Below are positions 16,023 to 29,189 of a stretch of DNA of 64,000 nt, one piece after another. The position numbers were made by a program, and so were the translations under genes. Position 1 is the first letter of the stretch. Each line of letters begins with the position of its first letter. The notes under the pieces were generated by a model. That model had not been told where the DNA came from. It ran no database searches and saw only the letters and a program-made list of their open reading frames with translations. The DNA lies in NCBI RefSeq assembly GCF_006345805.1, contig NC_043009.1:63054001-63118000 (forward strand), in the 5' to 3' direction. The stretch is from Octopus sinensis. Its lineage: Eukaryota.

Positions 16023-16823
16023 TATGTATATATATATATACATATTTATAGTTACAATGTTGCAGTATTGATTATTAGATTATGGTGTTTGATAAAATTT
16101 AGGCGATGGTAAATTATTTATGAGCCGGTTATAATATAATTTGGTCAATAGCATCATGTAATATGGTATTTTGTACAAGAGCAGATGAGAAAATATCATT
16201 GCATGTTTTGTTAATATGTAAGGTATTCTAATGTTTTATAGCTTGGGTTGAATAGCTTGAGTCGAGAAGGAACTAAGAATATGAATGAGGGTGTTTAAAT
16301 AACTGATAGACAGATGCACAACTACATAAAGGATAGAGGGGTGTGAAAGGGAAAGCGCCAAGTTGAGGCTTGGACAGAGAATGTGAGAAAGTTGTTCATA
16401 AGCGTAGGAGTGGCTGTGTGATAAGTAGCTTGCTTACCAACCTCATGGTTCCGGGTTCAGTCCCACTGCATGGCACCTTGGGCAAGTGAGTTCACAGCTG
16501 TAACCTAAACCAGCATCGCATAACCAGCCTACTCAAAAGTGCCTGGGATTGTAGGGCGACATGGCATGCTTGAGGAGACCTATTGAGTCAAGTACATCAA
16601 CATCAACTTCAATATCAAATTACAATCAAATGGAAATTGTAGCTGTGACCCCTCATGCCAGTGGCACATAAAAAGCATCCAGTACACTTTCAGAGTGATT
16701 GGCATTAGGAAGGGCATCCAGATCAGACTGGGGCCTGGTGCAGCTTCCTGGCTTCCCAGACTCTAGTCGAACCGTCCAACCCATGCCAGCATGGAAAACA
16801 GACATCAAAAAGTGATGATGATG

Positions 16824-16878
<55 letters not shown>

Positions 16879-17879
16879 GTCTCTGCTATTCTTTCTCTTT
16901 TCACATTAAAAAAAAAATAATCTGTAATGGAAGTTTAGGATAAATATTAGCAACAACATTGACCTCAACTTACTGTTGACCTCAACAAAGTTAAAGGCCA
17001 TTGTTGTTCCTCTTTGATAGATTTATTAATTGTGATTTGCTAATTAAGCACAAAACCAGTTAATTGGCAGGAGGAGGTCAGTTGATGCCATCGATTCCAC
17101 TTCTTCATTCGTGCTTTATTTTATTGATCTTTAAAAAAGTCCAAACATGGTTGGCCTTGACAAGATTTCAGCTCAGAACACAAAGAACTATGGCTAAATA
17201 TTGCTAAGTAATTTGTCCGCTACACTAACAATTTTGATAATCCATCATCATCATTATCGTCATCATCGTTTAACATCTGTTTTCCATGTTGGCATGGGTT
17301 GGACAGTTTGACTGAGGTCTGGAGAGCAAGCGGCTGCACCAGACTTCAATCTGATCTGTCAAAGTTTCTACAGCTGGATGCCCTTTCTAATGCTAACCAC
17401 TCCAAGAGTGGATGTTTTTTTATGAGCCAGCCGGGCAGGCCTGGCATCGATCACATTCAGATAGTGCTTTTTATATGCCACCGGCATAGGAGCCAATCAG
17501 GCGACCCTGGTGTTGATCACGTTCAGATAGTGCTTTTTACATGCCACTAGCATCAATCATGTTCGGATAGTGCCTTTTACGTGCCACCAGCACAGGATTC
17601 AATCAGGCAGCCCTGGCATTGACCACGTTCAGATAGTACTTTTTATGTACCACTGGCACAGGATTCAGTCAGGGGGCACTGGCATTGATCATGTTCAGAT
17701 AGTGCTTTTTACGTGCCACCAGTATGGGAGCCAGTCAGGCGGACCTGATACCAACCAATAAATTTTAATAACTGTTTCTATTTTTGGCCCAAGGCCTCAC
17801 ATTTTAGGGATATGTGGCTTATTCAATTATGTCTGTCCCATTGCTTGACCGGTAGTTATTTTATCGACACTGATATATA

Positions 17880-18800
17880 TCGATAAGAAGAGGGTTTAGC
17901 TATGGGAAATGATCAAGATAAGTAACAATCTATTAAGCAAACAACTACCCCAAAAGCATACTCTCCATTCCAATTATGAAGAAAAGAGAGGATGAAACCC
18001 ATAAACTGTCCTTAGTCCGTCTACTCTATGTGAAAGGCCTCTCTGAAAGATACAAAAGATATATGACGTAAGGACAGTATTCAAGAGTAATACAACACTT
18101 TGCAAATATCTCCTTTGAGTAAAACCACCAATAGAAGAGAATATGACCAAAGACTGCATATACTCCATTCCATGCAGCAGTGGTAGGTTATACAAAGGCG
18201 AAACATGCTGACCCCTCAAGATAAGGGTAGAGGAACATTGCAAAGCTGTGACATGGGGAGATATTGATAAATCAGGTATAGCTGATCATGTATGGAAAAA
18301 TGGAGACCACCTCCCCCTGTGGAACACCACTGGAAAATATGGAAACTAAAAAAAGCAGCACATATGCTAGGACACAACAACCTCCTAAGCAGACTAAGTG
18401 CAGATATGAACAGCATATGGAAACTGGTATTAAGGCGGCGAGCTGGCAGAAACGTTAACACGCCGGGCGAAATGCATAGCCGTATTTCATCTGTCGTTAC
18501 GTTGTGAGTTCAAATTCTGCCGAGGTCGACTTTGCCTTTCATCCTTTCGGGGTCGATAAATTAAGTACCAGTTACGCACTGGGGTTGATGTAATTGACTT
18601 AATACCTATGTCTGTCCTTGTTTGTCCCCTCTATGTTTAGCCCCTTGTGGGTAATAAAGAAGTAGGTATTAAGGAAGGATAGGAGAATATTAGATTTATA
18701 AGCCCTAAAATTCACTCCATAATTGCCCACAGGCATATGGCGTAGTGGTTAAGAGTGTGGGCTACTAACCCCGAGATTCTGAGTTTGATTCCAGCAATAC
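17880..18800 (+). mobile_element. Penelope-like element 3' fragment: GIY-YIG endonuclease remnant plus 3'UTR with tRNA-like sequence
   Basis: Disrupted translation YVKGLSE..VRTVFKSNTTL..DCIYSIPCSSGRLYKGETC.PLKIRVEEH..KSGIADHVW; interrupted by a SINE (TSD GGTATTAAGG); tRNA-like A/B boxes at about 18735-18795. Confidence 0.75.
18433..18665 (+). mobile_element. tRNA-derived SINE family B (Nin/Deu-domain-like), example
   Basis: GAGCTGGCAGAA head, GAGTTCAAATTC B box, GCCTTTCATCCTTTCGGGGTCGATAAA core. Other copies: 4245-4395, 11757-11958, 15545-15735, 19645-20215 (three in tandem), 27428-27590, 31780-32012, 37320-37510, 58150-58860. Confidence 0.8.
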
Positions 18801-19400
18801 CTCTTCCAAGCACTTGATGTAGGCCTCCGTGTTGAGTGTGAGGCTGTGTGGGAGATGAATGGAGGCATAACATCGCCATCATTAGTGATCATTCAAAACA
18901 CCATGATGTTGACTGAATGTTTGATTTTTATCACTTTCAGTACATGTCCTCAAACTGCACTATCGTCAGGTCAACACCCAAATACTCTGAAATATTCGTA
19001 TTGGAGCTTCCGGCATGAATGCCAAGCAATAACAGCATGTTTTTCCAAATTTCTGGCAGAGTGAATTGCGTCATGGTGCTGTTTTTCTCACAGATGGTGC
19101 CCAACTGACCCTACTATACTGTATAGTCAACAAAATCAAAATCAAGCAATACACATGCATGAAATTAAAAATATAAAATGGTGACAATTTACTCATCGCA
19201 TCCTGTATATATAATGAATCAAGCCTCTTCCTGACAGAACATACCATATATAATACTATCAGGAAAAATTTCAAGATTGCTATTAGTCACAAGATGGAGA
19301 ACCTCTGGAATTTCATTAGCAACTGGATACTAGCTGTCTAGTGAATTATATGTCCACATCTGCACTCAGCTGCCAATTCAACCACATCAGCACATCTATT
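18800..19400 (-). mobile_element. DD37D/maT-like transposase remnant
   Basis: Minus translation IKHSVNIMVF*MITNDGDVMPPFI, homologous to the motif at 2180-2250. Confidence 0.5.
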
Positions 19401-20221
19401 CTATTCAATACACTGATATGTTCAATACATTCAATATATTTGGATTTTACAAGGATTGTATGTCAATTGTTTCATTATATTGATCGTGCAGTCTCTACTT
19501 GAAGTTAGCCGCAAGTATTGATCTTTTGCTGTTAAAAATCAAACCTTTTATTTCTGCCTTCAGCCCAGAGCTTTTGAGTCATTGAGGACTTTTATTCCAT
19601 CTTAATTCCTTATTATTTATGTTATTATTATTAAATCTGTTAAAGTGGAGAGCTGGCAGAATTGTTAACATGCTTGGTAAAATGCTTCATGGTATTTGAC
19701 CTGTTTTTACATTCTAAGTTCAAATTCCGCCAAGGTCAACTTTGCCATTCATCCTTTCAGAGTTGATAAATTAAGTACCAGTGAAATTCTGGGGTTGATG
19801 TAATCGACTAGTCACCCCCACCAAAAAAAAAAAACTTCAGACCTTGTTCCTATAATAGAAAAGATTATTATTATTATTGTTGTTGTTGTTGCTAAGGCAG
19901 TGAGCAGGCAGAATCATTAGCACACAGGGCAAAATGCTTAGTGATATTTCTCCCATCTTAACATTCTGAGTTCAAATTCCACCGAGATCAGCTTTGCCTT
20001 TCATCCTTTCAAGGTCGATAAATTAAGTACCAGTCAAGTACTGGGGTCAGTGTGATCGACTTCACCTCTCCCCACAAACTGCAGGCATTGTGCCTATAGT
20101 AGAAAGGATTAGTAAATCTAATGAAGCCAGTGAGCTGGTAGAATCATTAACATACCAGATAAAATGCTTAGCAGCATTTCTTCCAGTTATATTTTCTTAG
20201 TTCAAATTCCAACAAGTTCAT

Positions 20222-20362
20222 CTTTACATTATTTACATTATTTACATTATTTACAATTGACGGATATTTGTCCTCATCTTGTTTGTTGTTAACACGTTTC
20301 GGCTGATGTACCCTCCAGCCTTTATCAGGTGTCTTGGGGAAATTTCGAACCTGGGTTCTCAT
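20222..20362 (-). mobile_element. Pseudo-LTR fragment of the same family with degenerate hammerhead (20291-20333)
   Basis: GACAC CTGATAA A GGCTG..CAGCC GAAA C GTGTT; closely similar to 61696-61825. Confidence 0.65.
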
Positions 20363-21279
20363 TTACACGTGCCACCTGCACAGGTGCCAGTAAGGCGAAG
20401 CTGGTAATGATCACGCTCGAATGGTGCCTTTTACGTGCCACTGGCACGGAAGCCCGTTAGCTGCTATGGCAACGTTCACACTCGGATGGTGCTCTTAGCA
20501 CCCTAGTAGCATTTTTTCAATGATGATGATGTTGTTGTATGATGACTTCAGAGAGGGAGGGATGGAGAGAGAAAAAGAGAGAGAGAGAGATTGAGAGAAA
20601 GAGAGAGAGAGAGAGAGAGAGGTGAAATAAGAAAGTTGTCTCCTTCAATACAGATAATCAAATAAAAGAGTTGATGGTGAGAGGAGGAATTTGGTAAATG
20701 GTAAAAACATCAGATGAGCTTAAAGGAATTGCGTAGAGAGACTATAAACCAGAGTAGCTGGAAGTTACCACTGTTGAAATCCAAGTGAAAGAAAGGAGTG
20801 GAAGAGAGTAGAATCAGCATGCAGTTACCTCAGCTACCTTTGGAGGGGCAGGGGTCACTGTATGTTGGGTCCACTTTGAGTAAAGTTTCTGTTAAAAAGT
20901 TTGTTGATTTCATTCTTTGACTAATTTCGAAGCTAATTTTCTCTGATAAACTTTTTTTGTTTGATTGAAGCAGAAGAGATGCGTTTCAGTGATAGTTGTT
21001 TGATATTTACCGTCAATGATCAATCACGAATGATCGACATCCGTAACTCCTTGGTAACCGAGGTCATTGATCAGAGTCTTAAGAGACACAACATAGACAA
21101 ATTATTGATTATAAGATTAAATATCCAAAGCAAAAGGCATATCAAAGAAGAAAGTTTCATAACCCATTTACTTTGGAAATCAATCAGATATAGCCATTCA
21201 AAATTTCATTACCCTTAACTGCAGAAAGCAGTTTTAGACACCATTTTGTATTTTGCGGATGAAACTATTTTATTAAGGG

Positions 21280-21780
21280 TGTATGAGTTGACCCTGGTGA
21301 ACGCTGTATGAGTCAACTGTGGTGAACAACTTTAAAGATATACTGATCTGGTGTACAACTCTAAAGACATACAAACAGTGAATAAGTCAACCCTGGTGAA
21401 TTACTGCAAATACATTCTGATGGTGTGTAAGTCTATCAGGGTGGACTCTGTATAAGTCAACCCTGGTGAATTACTGCAAAGGCATTCTTATGGTATGTAA
21501 GTCTATCAGGGTGGACACTGTATAAGTCAACCGTGGTGAACAATCTTAAAGACATACTGAAGGGGCATATGTCAACCATAGTCAACACTTGAAGTGATTC
21601 ATGGTGAATAGCTTTAATACATAATGACAGTGTATAAGTTTATTGTGGTGAACATTGTACAAGTCAATCACAGTGAACAACCTTAATGACATACTGACAG
21701 TGTTTCAGTTAACAGTGGTGAACAACGTTAAAAATATATTGATATTGTGTACGTTAACCGTGATGAATTATGTTGAGTCT
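21280..21780 (+). repeat. Degenerate minisatellite (core GTATAAGTCAACCCTGGTGAA)
   Basis: About 12 diverged cores with alternating short and long spacing. Confidence 0.75.
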
Positions 21781-21782
21781 AT

Positions 21783-22079
21783 CTTCTTCTTCTTCTTGTC
21801 TTGAGACAGCATTCACCCGGGGTGGATTGAGCTGGCTTCATTCATCCTCAATACTGCATCTCTCACAAATGCCGACCAGGCCTGGCGATTTGAGGCTAAT
21901 GACTGCGTGATCTCCAATCACTCCTTATTCCAGCAGCGAACGCCGTAGACACGGGGGCCTAGGTTGGGTCCCAGATCAGCCTTGACTCTCATCAGCCAGG
22001 TTTTTCATTGTCTACCACATGGCTTTTGCCAAACCTGAAGGGGAGCTGGGGCAATTGCTTTGTAGATTGAATTCTCTTC
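21783..22079 (-). mobile_element. RTE-clade LINE 3' fragment with target-site duplication
   Basis: KPCGRQ*KTW..ASNRQAWSAFV, (AAG)n tail, TSD GTTGAGTCTAT at 21772-82 and 22080-90. Confidence 0.8.
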
Positions 22080-22443
22080 GTTGAGTCTATGAAGGCAATA
22101 TAACTTGCAAAATATCCTAGCTCCGTTTTTTTTTTTAAATATCACAATGAAAAGGTTAAAGAATAGTTATAGGTTTAGTGATAATGGTTTATCTTATGAT
22201 TGGATGCATATTCCATGTTTTTCATAGACCAGCTCAACTTCATCTTACTGCAATAATTTTCCAGGTAGATTTTATTTTCATCATACCATTTTTATATGTT
22301 TTCTATTAGATATTTTATTAAAATATTTTTCAGACTTTGTTTTCTTCTGTAAATATGTGTGGTCTATTGTTGACTGACGACTCCTTATGCATGTCTTTCA
22401 CACCATTCGTTTTTAGGACCCAAATATATGTGTGTGTGTGTGA

Positions 22444-22765
22444 AGGCATGTGGCTTAGTGGTTAGGGGCATTCGGCTCACGATTGTGAGGTCGTGAGTTC
22501 GATTCCAGGCAACGCGTTATGTCCTTGAGCAAGACACTTTATTTCATGTTACTTCAGCCCACTCAGCTGGCAAAAATGAGTAGGACCTGTATTTCAAAGG
22601 GCTGGCTTTGTTACACTCTGTGTCACGCTGAATCTCCCAGAGAACTACATTAAGGGTACTCGTGTCTGTGGATTGCTCAGTCACTTGTACGTTAATTTCA
22701 CGAGCAGGCTGTTCCATTGATCGGATCAGCTGGGACCCTCGTCGTCGTAACCGACGGAGTGCTCC
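22444..22765 (+). mobile_element. tRNA-derived SINE family D variant (different 3' half)
   Basis: A/B boxes and GTCCTTGAGCAAGACACTT shared with 35110; the tail differs. Confidence 0.7.
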
Positions 22766-22947
22766 TTTATATATATATATATATATATATATGCTGGCAT
22801 TAGTGTTTGGTAAGAAGTTTGCTTCTTAGTCACATGGTTCTGGGTTCAGGCCCACTGCATGCCACCTTGGGCAAGTGTCTCTTGCTATAGCCTCAGACTA
22901 ACCAAAACTTGTTAGTGGATTTGGTAGATGGAAACTGAAAAAGCCTA

Positions 22948-23023
<76 letters not shown>

Positions 23024-23040
23024 ACACACACACGCATACA

Positions 23041-23990
23041 TACAATACCATACAAAAGTCTTTGGCTACTTTAAACTATTGTAAATTTCTACAAATTGCC
23101 AACTTATAAATGGATGTTTCACATTATGTTTTTTACAGATGAAACATTGACCCTGTTGCAGTCATTTCCATACCTAATCCTTATATTTTGTAGTAGGGGT
23201 TCTGAATGAGAGGGGGAGATGTGAGACGGCCACCAAAAATGGCTGTGCAAAAGTTTTTTAGGCTGCCTCCTGGAGGTCTTCTGACAAATTCTCGCTTATC
23301 AGAAAGCAAAACGACTCTTGTTATATGACAAAAGCAGTGAAGTTTGAGGGTAAGAGTCTGATGCTTTGGGAATAATTAATGGTGACATGAATAATGCCAA
23401 ATGCATCCAGTTGCTGAAGGACAATTCGATACCAGACTTGGATGAAGATGAGATTTTTCAGCATGGCAGAGCTCCATGCCACAGATCACGAGCAACGCAA
23501 CAGAGTCTGGCTGATGAAGGTGCTACTGGATTGAAAAATTGGTCAGCTCAGGGCCCTGACTTGAATATCATCGAACAAATGTGGACAGAACTGAAGAGAA
23601 GAATTCACCAGAAGAAACCATGCAATCCTGAAGAATTGTGCAAGTTCTGCCACAGAGAAAGGCATCGCATACCTGTGAAGATAGTGAAGGATTTGTACAC
23701 ATCTCTTCCCAGGTGCATTGAAGCAATTATTGAAGCTAAGGGAAGGCACACGAAATATCAACAATGTATAGTAACTTCTTGAAACGAACATTAGGTAATA
23801 AATTTCCGTTATAGACATTTTTCTGCTTTAAAACATTGTATCTTAACTGGTTTATATAAGGTGGCTGAAAACTTTTGCACGGCCAATTTTGGTGGCCATC
23901 TCGCATCTTCCTCTCTCATTCAGGACCCCTACAACAAAATATAAGGATTTGTTATGGAAATGACTGCAACAGGGCCAATGTTTCATCTGT
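23041..23990 (+). mobile_element. Tc1-like (DD34E) element, internally deleted, long inverted repeats
   Basis: ORF 23366-23782: FQHGRAPCH..WSAQGPDLNIIEQMW..GRHTKY; 23139-23260 is the inverse of 23866-23990. Confidence 0.85.
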
Positions 23991-24021
23991 GTGTAGTGGC
24001 TACTGATCTATCATGGTGACT

Positions 24022-24075
<54 letters not shown>

Positions 24076-24239
24076 CACACATACACGTAGATAGAGAGAT
24101 GGCGATAACTGAAGGTGCTATAAAAATTAATAACCAAAATATAATGGGCTATAAAAACTGAACTGAAATAGTGTTACCTTCCCAGATGACGATCATAAAA
24201 CCATGACAGCAACAAAATACACTCACGCACACACACAAT

Positions 24240-24273
<34 letters not shown>

Positions 24274-24959
24274 CACGCATGTATATGTATATATAGTTAC
24301 ACATATGAAGCAAAAACAAAACCATGCTTGGAAGCCCACATGTGGATGCTCCTGGTCAGAAACACAAAGCGTAACTATTACCAGCCCATTAATAATTAAA
24401 CACATGCATACACACACATGCACACACACACATACACACACATGCACACACACACACACATGCACACACACATGTACACACACACATGTACACAGTCACG
24501 ATACATATAAATACCAAACATGGAAAGTAAATTAGACAGTCTGAGGAAAAAGCATTGTTGGAAAAACTACGGTTGTTTGGAGAGACTTTGGGAAATCAAT
24601 TAACTAAATCAATCAATTAAATTAATTAATTAATAATAGCAATAAATGAACAACAACCTGGATGTGTATTTTTGTTGGCAGAATGACCTTCTTAAAGTAC
24701 AATATTATGCTAACACACACACACACACACACACACATACACACACACACACACGCATACACACACACACACACACATATACACACAGGTATGGTGATGA
24801 AAACAGGAAAAGTAGAACTCAAAATATGCGTATATGTGTGTTTTTATTAATATTTAATGGAAGCAACGGAGTGACTCGAAGGCAGAGAGTTTGGGGCATT
24901 GGCACAACACACAAGACTCTCAGCACTTGAGTCACTTCATTTGCTTCCGCTAAATATTA

Positions 24960-25030
<71 letters not shown>

Positions 25031-25046
25031 TATATATATAATATAT

Positions 25047-25093
<47 letters not shown>

Positions 25094-25299
25094 ATATTAG
25101 GGATAATCCAAACTTACAGGGAAAAATCAGATTTAGGATTGAATCCAATTTTATAGTAAAATATTATATTATATTAAATTAGAGACAAAACCACTATTAG
25201 GCAAATCATACAATGAAAAACTTAGCGAATACATAAGATTATTTAATTTATATTATTTAAATATATAACAAAATTATTAAAAAAATATAATTAATATAT

Positions 25300-25362
25300 C
25301 ACTACGATCGTTTCATGGCTGTTAATTTCTTTAATTTTCAAGTCACAGTCATTCATCAGGTG
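25300..25362 (-). ncRNA. Minimal type-I hammerhead ribozyme (mirror copy in foldback)
   Basis: Reverse complement reads CAC CTGATGA ATGACTGT..ACAGCCAT GAAA CGATCG TA GTG. Confidence 0.8.
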
Positions 25363-25415
25363 GTTTAAATATTTATCTTGGCGAGATTTAAACCTTGCCA
25401 AGATAAATATTTAAA

Positions 25416-25479
25416 CACCTGATGAATGACTGTGACTTGAAAATTTAAAGAAATTAACAGCCATGAAACGATCGTAGTG
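25416..25479 (+). ncRNA. Minimal type-I hammerhead ribozyme (Penelope-like type), canonical core
   Basis: CAC-CTGATGA-ATGACTGT..ACAGCCAT (stem II, one mismatch)-GAAA-CGATCG (palindromic loop III)-TA-GTG; predicted GUA cleavage triplet. Confidence 0.8.
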
Positions 25480-25610
25480 ATATATTAATTATATTTTTTT
25501 AATAATTTTGTTATATATTTAAATAATATAAATTAAATAATCTTATGTATTCGCTTAAGTTTTCCATTGTATGATTTGCCTAATAGTGGTTTTGTCTCTA
25601 ATTTAATATA

Positions 25611-25642
<32 letters not shown>

Positions 25643-25675
25643 GTATGTATTTATACACACATATATACATATATT

Positions 25676-25781
25676 GTTCCGGGTTCAGTCCCACTGGCAA
25701 GTGTTTTCTACTATAGCCTCAGGCCGACCAAAGCCTTGTGAGTGGATTTGGTAGGCGGAAACTGAAAAGAAGCCTGTCGTA

Positions 25782-25829
<48 letters not shown>

Positions 25830-26090
25830 TATGTATGTATATTGGTATGTATGTATGTATGTGTGTGTATATGTTTGTGTGTCTGTGTTTGTCCCTCCAA
25901 CATCGCTTGACAACCGATGCTGGTGTGTTTATGTCCCCGTAACTTAGCAACTTGGCAAAAGAGACTGATAGAATAAGAACTAGGCTTACAAAGAATGAGT
26001 TCTGGGGTTGATGTGCTCGACTAAAGACGGTGCTCCAGCATGGTCACAGTTAAATGACTGAAACAAGTAAAAGAGTAAAGAGTAAGAGTA
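25676..26090 (+). mobile_element. SINE family A (5'-truncated)
   Basis: B box to tail. Confidence 0.85.
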
Positions 26091-26685
26091 TATATGAATT
26101 ATGAATGTTTAGTTTTATCAGCTGCCAGATCAGTGTGATAATTAAGGGAAAATTAATTAATTAATAAGAAGGGAAATCGGAGGGACGGTTGTTTGTATTA
26201 AAGACTTGTTTGTTTCAGATGAAATAAATCTGTGTTGTATGAAAATGGGAGTTGAGTCATCGTTTGATCGAGATGGATTGGCTAAACACCCTATTGCTTT
26301 CACAGAAACTGGTTTCATGCCAAAAGGGTATATCGGGGGTACAGGGGTTTGTATCAGTCATTCATCAATGTCTTCTTTGCCCCGTATTTTTTTATTATTT
26401 TACCATATTGACGTCAAGCAGAAAGCTGAATTGCACAACGAAATCCATTTCCTGTGTTTCATTTTATTCCAAATAACAATATCCAAGATGTGTATGTGTG
26501 TATGTGTATGTGTGTGTGAGTGTGAGTATGTAGTGCAAACTACCTGTTTCAGCTCTGTCAAATTTTGTGGGGTTTTTATTTTTTGTGGAACCATGGATAT
26601 GGAAGTAGTTACAGGGTTTTGAATGTTGTATATGTGTGTGTGTGTGTGTGTATGTAACTATGTGTGTGTGTGTGTAAGTGTATGT

Positions 26686-26727
<42 letters not shown>

Positions 26728-27025
26728 GTGCAGGCATAGCTATGTGGTAAGAAGTTTGTTTCCCAATCAGATGAACCTGGGTTCAATCCCAGTGTGGCAC
26801 TTAGGACAAGTGTTTTTTACTTCAGTCCTTGTGAGTGGATAACTGGTAGATGGAAGCTGAAAGAAGCTTTTTGCATATGTGTGTGTGTGTGTGTGTGTGT
26901 TTGCATATGCATATTTTTTTAAAATAACAGTTTATGTTATATAATATTATATTCATAGTATATCATGTAATATCATAATATAAATAAATTATTAGATTGT
27001 CAATAGTATCTCCCTAGTTAATTTA

Positions 27026-27056
<31 letters not shown>

Positions 27057-27134
27057 GATTTTCATGTCCACTTTTTCTTTAATGCTTCAATGGTCTAATG
27101 AGTGTTTTTTTTTCTACTTTTGTTCTGTCTTCAG

Positions 27135-27287
27135 GCACCAGTTTATTCATATTGACCCTGAGATAACATCACAAACTTCATTCAATGACCTCTGACATAA
27201 GCTAGAATTCCGTATATGGACTACCTTTCTCTTTCTCAATGTCTGACTCTATGATGGATCTCTTGAACTCACTGCAACTGCAACTCT
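27135..27287 (+). other. Candidate upstream (5'UTR or first coding) exon, possibly of the anoctamin gene
   Basis: Strong polypyrimidine acceptor (ttttgttctgtcttcag) and GTAAGT donor in non-repetitive sequence; stops in all three frames in the 5' part; ATG at 27239 opens MSDSMMDLLNSLQLQL (phase 1). Confidence 0.4.
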
Positions 27288-27937
27288 GTAAGTCAGAATT
27301 ATTATTATTATCATTATTTTTTCTTTCCAGAAGATTCCAAAGAGAAAATGACATGCAAACATAATGTTAAGTCACGCAAACCCCTGTATACCAAAGACCC
27401 AGTTCATAGAGCTGTATGTTTGTATATATTTCTTTACTATCCACAAGGGGACAAACAAGGACAGACAAATGGATTGTCGATTACATCGCCCCCAGTGCGT
27501 AACTGGTACTTATTTAATCGATCCTGAAAGGATGAAAAGCAAAGTCAACCTCAGCGGAATTTGAGCTCAGAATGTAACGGCAGACGAATAGAGCTGTATT
27601 TTTGTATAAAGTTACAAATGTGGAAGCAAAACCAAGAATTAAGGGGTCTTAAAATAAACCTAATGAAGACAAAATTTTTATTTAGGGGAGAGAAAAAAAA
27701 AAGAGATACTTCTATATTTAATATCTGTTTTTCATTTGTTTCAGTCACTGAATGGTGGCCATGCTGGGGCACCGCCTGGCAGGGTTTTTGTTGAACAATT
27801 TAAACTTAAGCCTAGTACTTATTCTATCAGTGTCTTTTGCCGAATTGCTAAGTTACAGGGACATAGACAAAACAGCAACAATTGTCAAGCAGTGGTGTGT
27901 GACAAATACAAACACAAAGACATTCATACACACACAC

Positions 27938-28012
<75 letters not shown>

Positions 28013-28059
28013 ATGAACCAGTTTCAGGAAAATAGAGAATATACATATATATATACATA

Positions 28060-28330
28060 TTACTCGAAGCCTTCGATGAAATAGAAGGGGATATAGCATC
28101 ACATAATGTGGAAGACAACTGGAGGTTTCTATGGGACAACCTGCTGAGAGCCACTGACCAGATCTGTGGATGGTGCAAAGTCCCCTCTCGACCCAAGGTA
28201 ACGTGGTGGTGGAACAATGTAGTTGACAGGGCTATTAGTCAAAAGAAACAGGCTTGGAAGGACTGGAAGAACGGAGGAATTGTATCAGCCTGCCAGAAGG
28301 GAAGCTAGGAGACAGGTTTATTTAGCCAGG
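28060..28330 (+). mobile_element. RTE-clade LINE internal fragment
   Basis: VEDNWRFL..ATDQICGW..TWWWNNVVDRAI..KK.AWKDWK, typical of the endonuclease-RT linker. Confidence 0.7.
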
Positions 28331-29189
28331 ACTTTGTAAGCCTAGTACTTATTCTATCGGTCTCTTTTGCCGAACTGCTAAGTGACGGTCCCGCAAACAT
28401 ACCAGCATTGGTTGTCAAGCGATGTTGGGGTGGGGGTGGGGGGCAAACACAGACACACAAACATACACACACACACACACACATACACACACACACACAC
28501 ACACACATGCACACACATATATATATACAAGGGGCCTCTTTCAGTTTCCATCTACCAAATCCACTCACAAGGTTTGGTCGGCCTGAGGCTATAGTAGAAG
28601 ACACTTGCCCAATTGCCATGCAGTGGGATTGAACACGGAACCATGTGGTTGGTAAGCAAGCTACTAACCACACACCCACTCCTGCACCTATATATATATA
28701 TATATATAAATTGACAAAAAAAAAAGCAAAGAAAACTGCCATTTTTACTTGTTCTCTTTAAAAACCAATTATACAACATTCTCATCCAGTTCCGAATGCA
28801 GACTTCTCCATTTTTGATCCAAGTTCCTTCATCATTTCAAAACAGCTAAACACAAAATCTTCGCTTAGCAGTAACAATTACTGTTCAGAATGCTATCTGA
28901 CCTTAAGGTAAATACATTTTCTACAAAGTCTATCAGTGTTTATAAAATGTTTAACAATTCCTCTGCATTTCAAGTATAAACATTTAGATAAAATCAGTGA
29001 TGAGGGGCTGGGTGAGAAATGAGGGCTGTTGCTAGATGGTATCTGCAGCAGATGGCGACCTGGGAAAACATGGGAAAAAGTGCTGAGGTCAGATCACAGC
29101 AATATTGGGCCACACAGAAGAGAGATATTATGCTGTAGAGCAAATATGCTGAACCCATGGCAGCATGGAAAAGGAAAAATGCTATTAAG

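Larger units (their letters stand above)
25167..25613. repeat. ~450-bp near-perfect palindrome (probable inverted Penelope-like pseudo-LTR pair)
   Basis: Arms of about 220 bp are reverse complements with few differences around a short loop near 25390; each arm carries a hammerhead; flanked by (TA)n/(TAA)n. Confidence 0.9.
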
